From positions 29,140,001-29,204,000 of the forward strand of contig OZ024740.1 in NCBI GenBank assembly GCA_964016885.1: a DNA stretch of 64,000 nucleotides, read 5' to 3'. The position numbers and the translations under genes are program-made. The DNA is from Eledone cirrhosa. Lineage: Eukaryota. The notes beneath the pieces were generated by a model. The model was not told the DNA's origin, ran no database searches, and saw only the letters and a program-made list of their open reading frames with translations. Positions 63,501 through 64,000 of the stretch are shown piece after piece (the first letter of the stretch is position 1; every line of letters starts with the position of its first letter).

Positions 63501-64000
63501 CGAACAACACCAACAGCAACACCAACAACAACACCAACAACACCAACAACAACAACACCAACAACACCAACAACACCAACAACAACACCAACAACACCAA
63601 CAACACCAACAGCACCTACAATACCAACAACAACACCAACACCAACAACACCAACAACACCGACAACACCAACAACACCAACAACACCAACAACAACACC
63701 AACAACAACACCAACAACACAAACAACACCAACACCAACAACACCAACAACACCAACAACACCAACACCAACATCCCAAACAACAACACCAACAACAACA
63801 CCAACAACACCAACAACAACAACACCAACAACAACACCAACAACACCAACACCAACAACAACAACAACAACACCAACAATACCAACACCAACAACACCAA
63901 CAACAACAGCAACAACAACGACACCAACAACACCAACAACACCAACACCAACAACCCCAACAACACTAACAACAACACCAATAACTCCAACATCGACAAC
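57571..64000. repeat. 4611-bp-offset duplication (57571-59389 matches 62182-64000), second copy truncated by the window
   Basis: Four ORF pairs are identical at offset 4611 (57813/62424, 58402/63013, 58500/63111, 58711/63322). The window end ATCGACAAC matches 59381-59389. Confidence 0.92.
58421..64000 (+). other. Open Asn/Thr-repeat reading frame (~1860 codons, no stop within the window); coding status doubtful
   Basis: ATG at 58421 is in the AAC register, with in-frame ATGs at 59390, 59936 and 63032. There is no register shift from ~57545 to 64000, since the antisense ORFs are contiguous in frame. Similar ORFs at 52013 and 55548 end only after frameshifts. Confidence 0.15.

Larger units (their letters stand above)
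4155..64000. repeat. ~60-kb AAC/ACC triplet-derived complex satellite, ACC(AAC)1-4 grammar, continuing past the right edge
   Basis: The plus strand is almost only A and C. The dominant unit is ACCAACAAC with 6- and 12-nt variants. There are sparse recurrent substitutions. I saw no inversion and no foreign insert. Confidence 0.98.

Noticed and set aside
4130-63999. Numerous long minus-strand ORFs (poly Leu/Val, Val/Gly, Cys/Trp; up to 1917 aa)
   Set aside because: They are translations of the GTT/GGT repeat in all three frames, mostly with GTG/TTG starts. Composition switches at indels and there is no domain content.
4155-64000. Telomere or de novo telomere addition at the broken LTR
   Set aside because: The G/T strand runs 5'->3' toward the retrotransposon, opposite to healing at this junction. 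The repeat is not TTAGGG-like, and it has kb-scale duplications. CCCTAA at ~14328 and ~16178 is a single substitution of CCCAAA copied by the 1850-bp duplication.
1539-64000. Array synthesised by the adjacent RT (telomerase-like or bacterial DRT-like repeat synthesis)
   Set aside because: The RT is an ordinary gypsy pol with RNase H and integrase, and no template RNA is evident. Shared point variants in kb-scale copies indicate DNA-level duplication.
4155-64000. CRISPR-like array with ATCCCAAAC as the repeat
   Set aside because: The intervening sequences are the same low-complexity repeat with variable length, not unique spacers. There are no cas genes and the context is eukaryotic.

Overview
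This window is eukaryotic (animal) DNA in two parts. (1) 1-~4157 is a decayed Ty3/gypsy (Mag-like, 'K02A2.6-like') LTR retrotransposon on the minus strand. Its single-frame gag-pol (capsid, CCHC knuckles, protease, RT, RNase H, integrase) runs off the left edge. It is broken by three nonsense codons and by a 180-bp tRNA-derived SINE flanked by a perfect 13-bp target-site duplication. From memory the SINE resembles octopus SINEs, so the host may be a cephalopod (unverified). (2) ~4155-64000 is an uninterrupted, single-orientation ~60-kb satellite of AAC and ACC triplets (core ACC-AAC-AAC) that runs off the right edge. It starts ~15 bp into where the 5' LTR should be. It has a recurring ATCCCA(A/C)AC landmark, regional variant subfamilies, inherited 1-nt register shifts and kb-scale higher-order duplications (1850, ~2520-2580, ~2560-2720 and 4611 bp). 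The minus-strand Leu/Val, Val/Gly and Cys/Trp ORFs are by-products of this repeat. The only coding hypothesis worth testing is the plus-strand Asn/Thr (N-x-T) register, which is open for more than 6 kb at the right end. Inherited frameshifts argue against it.
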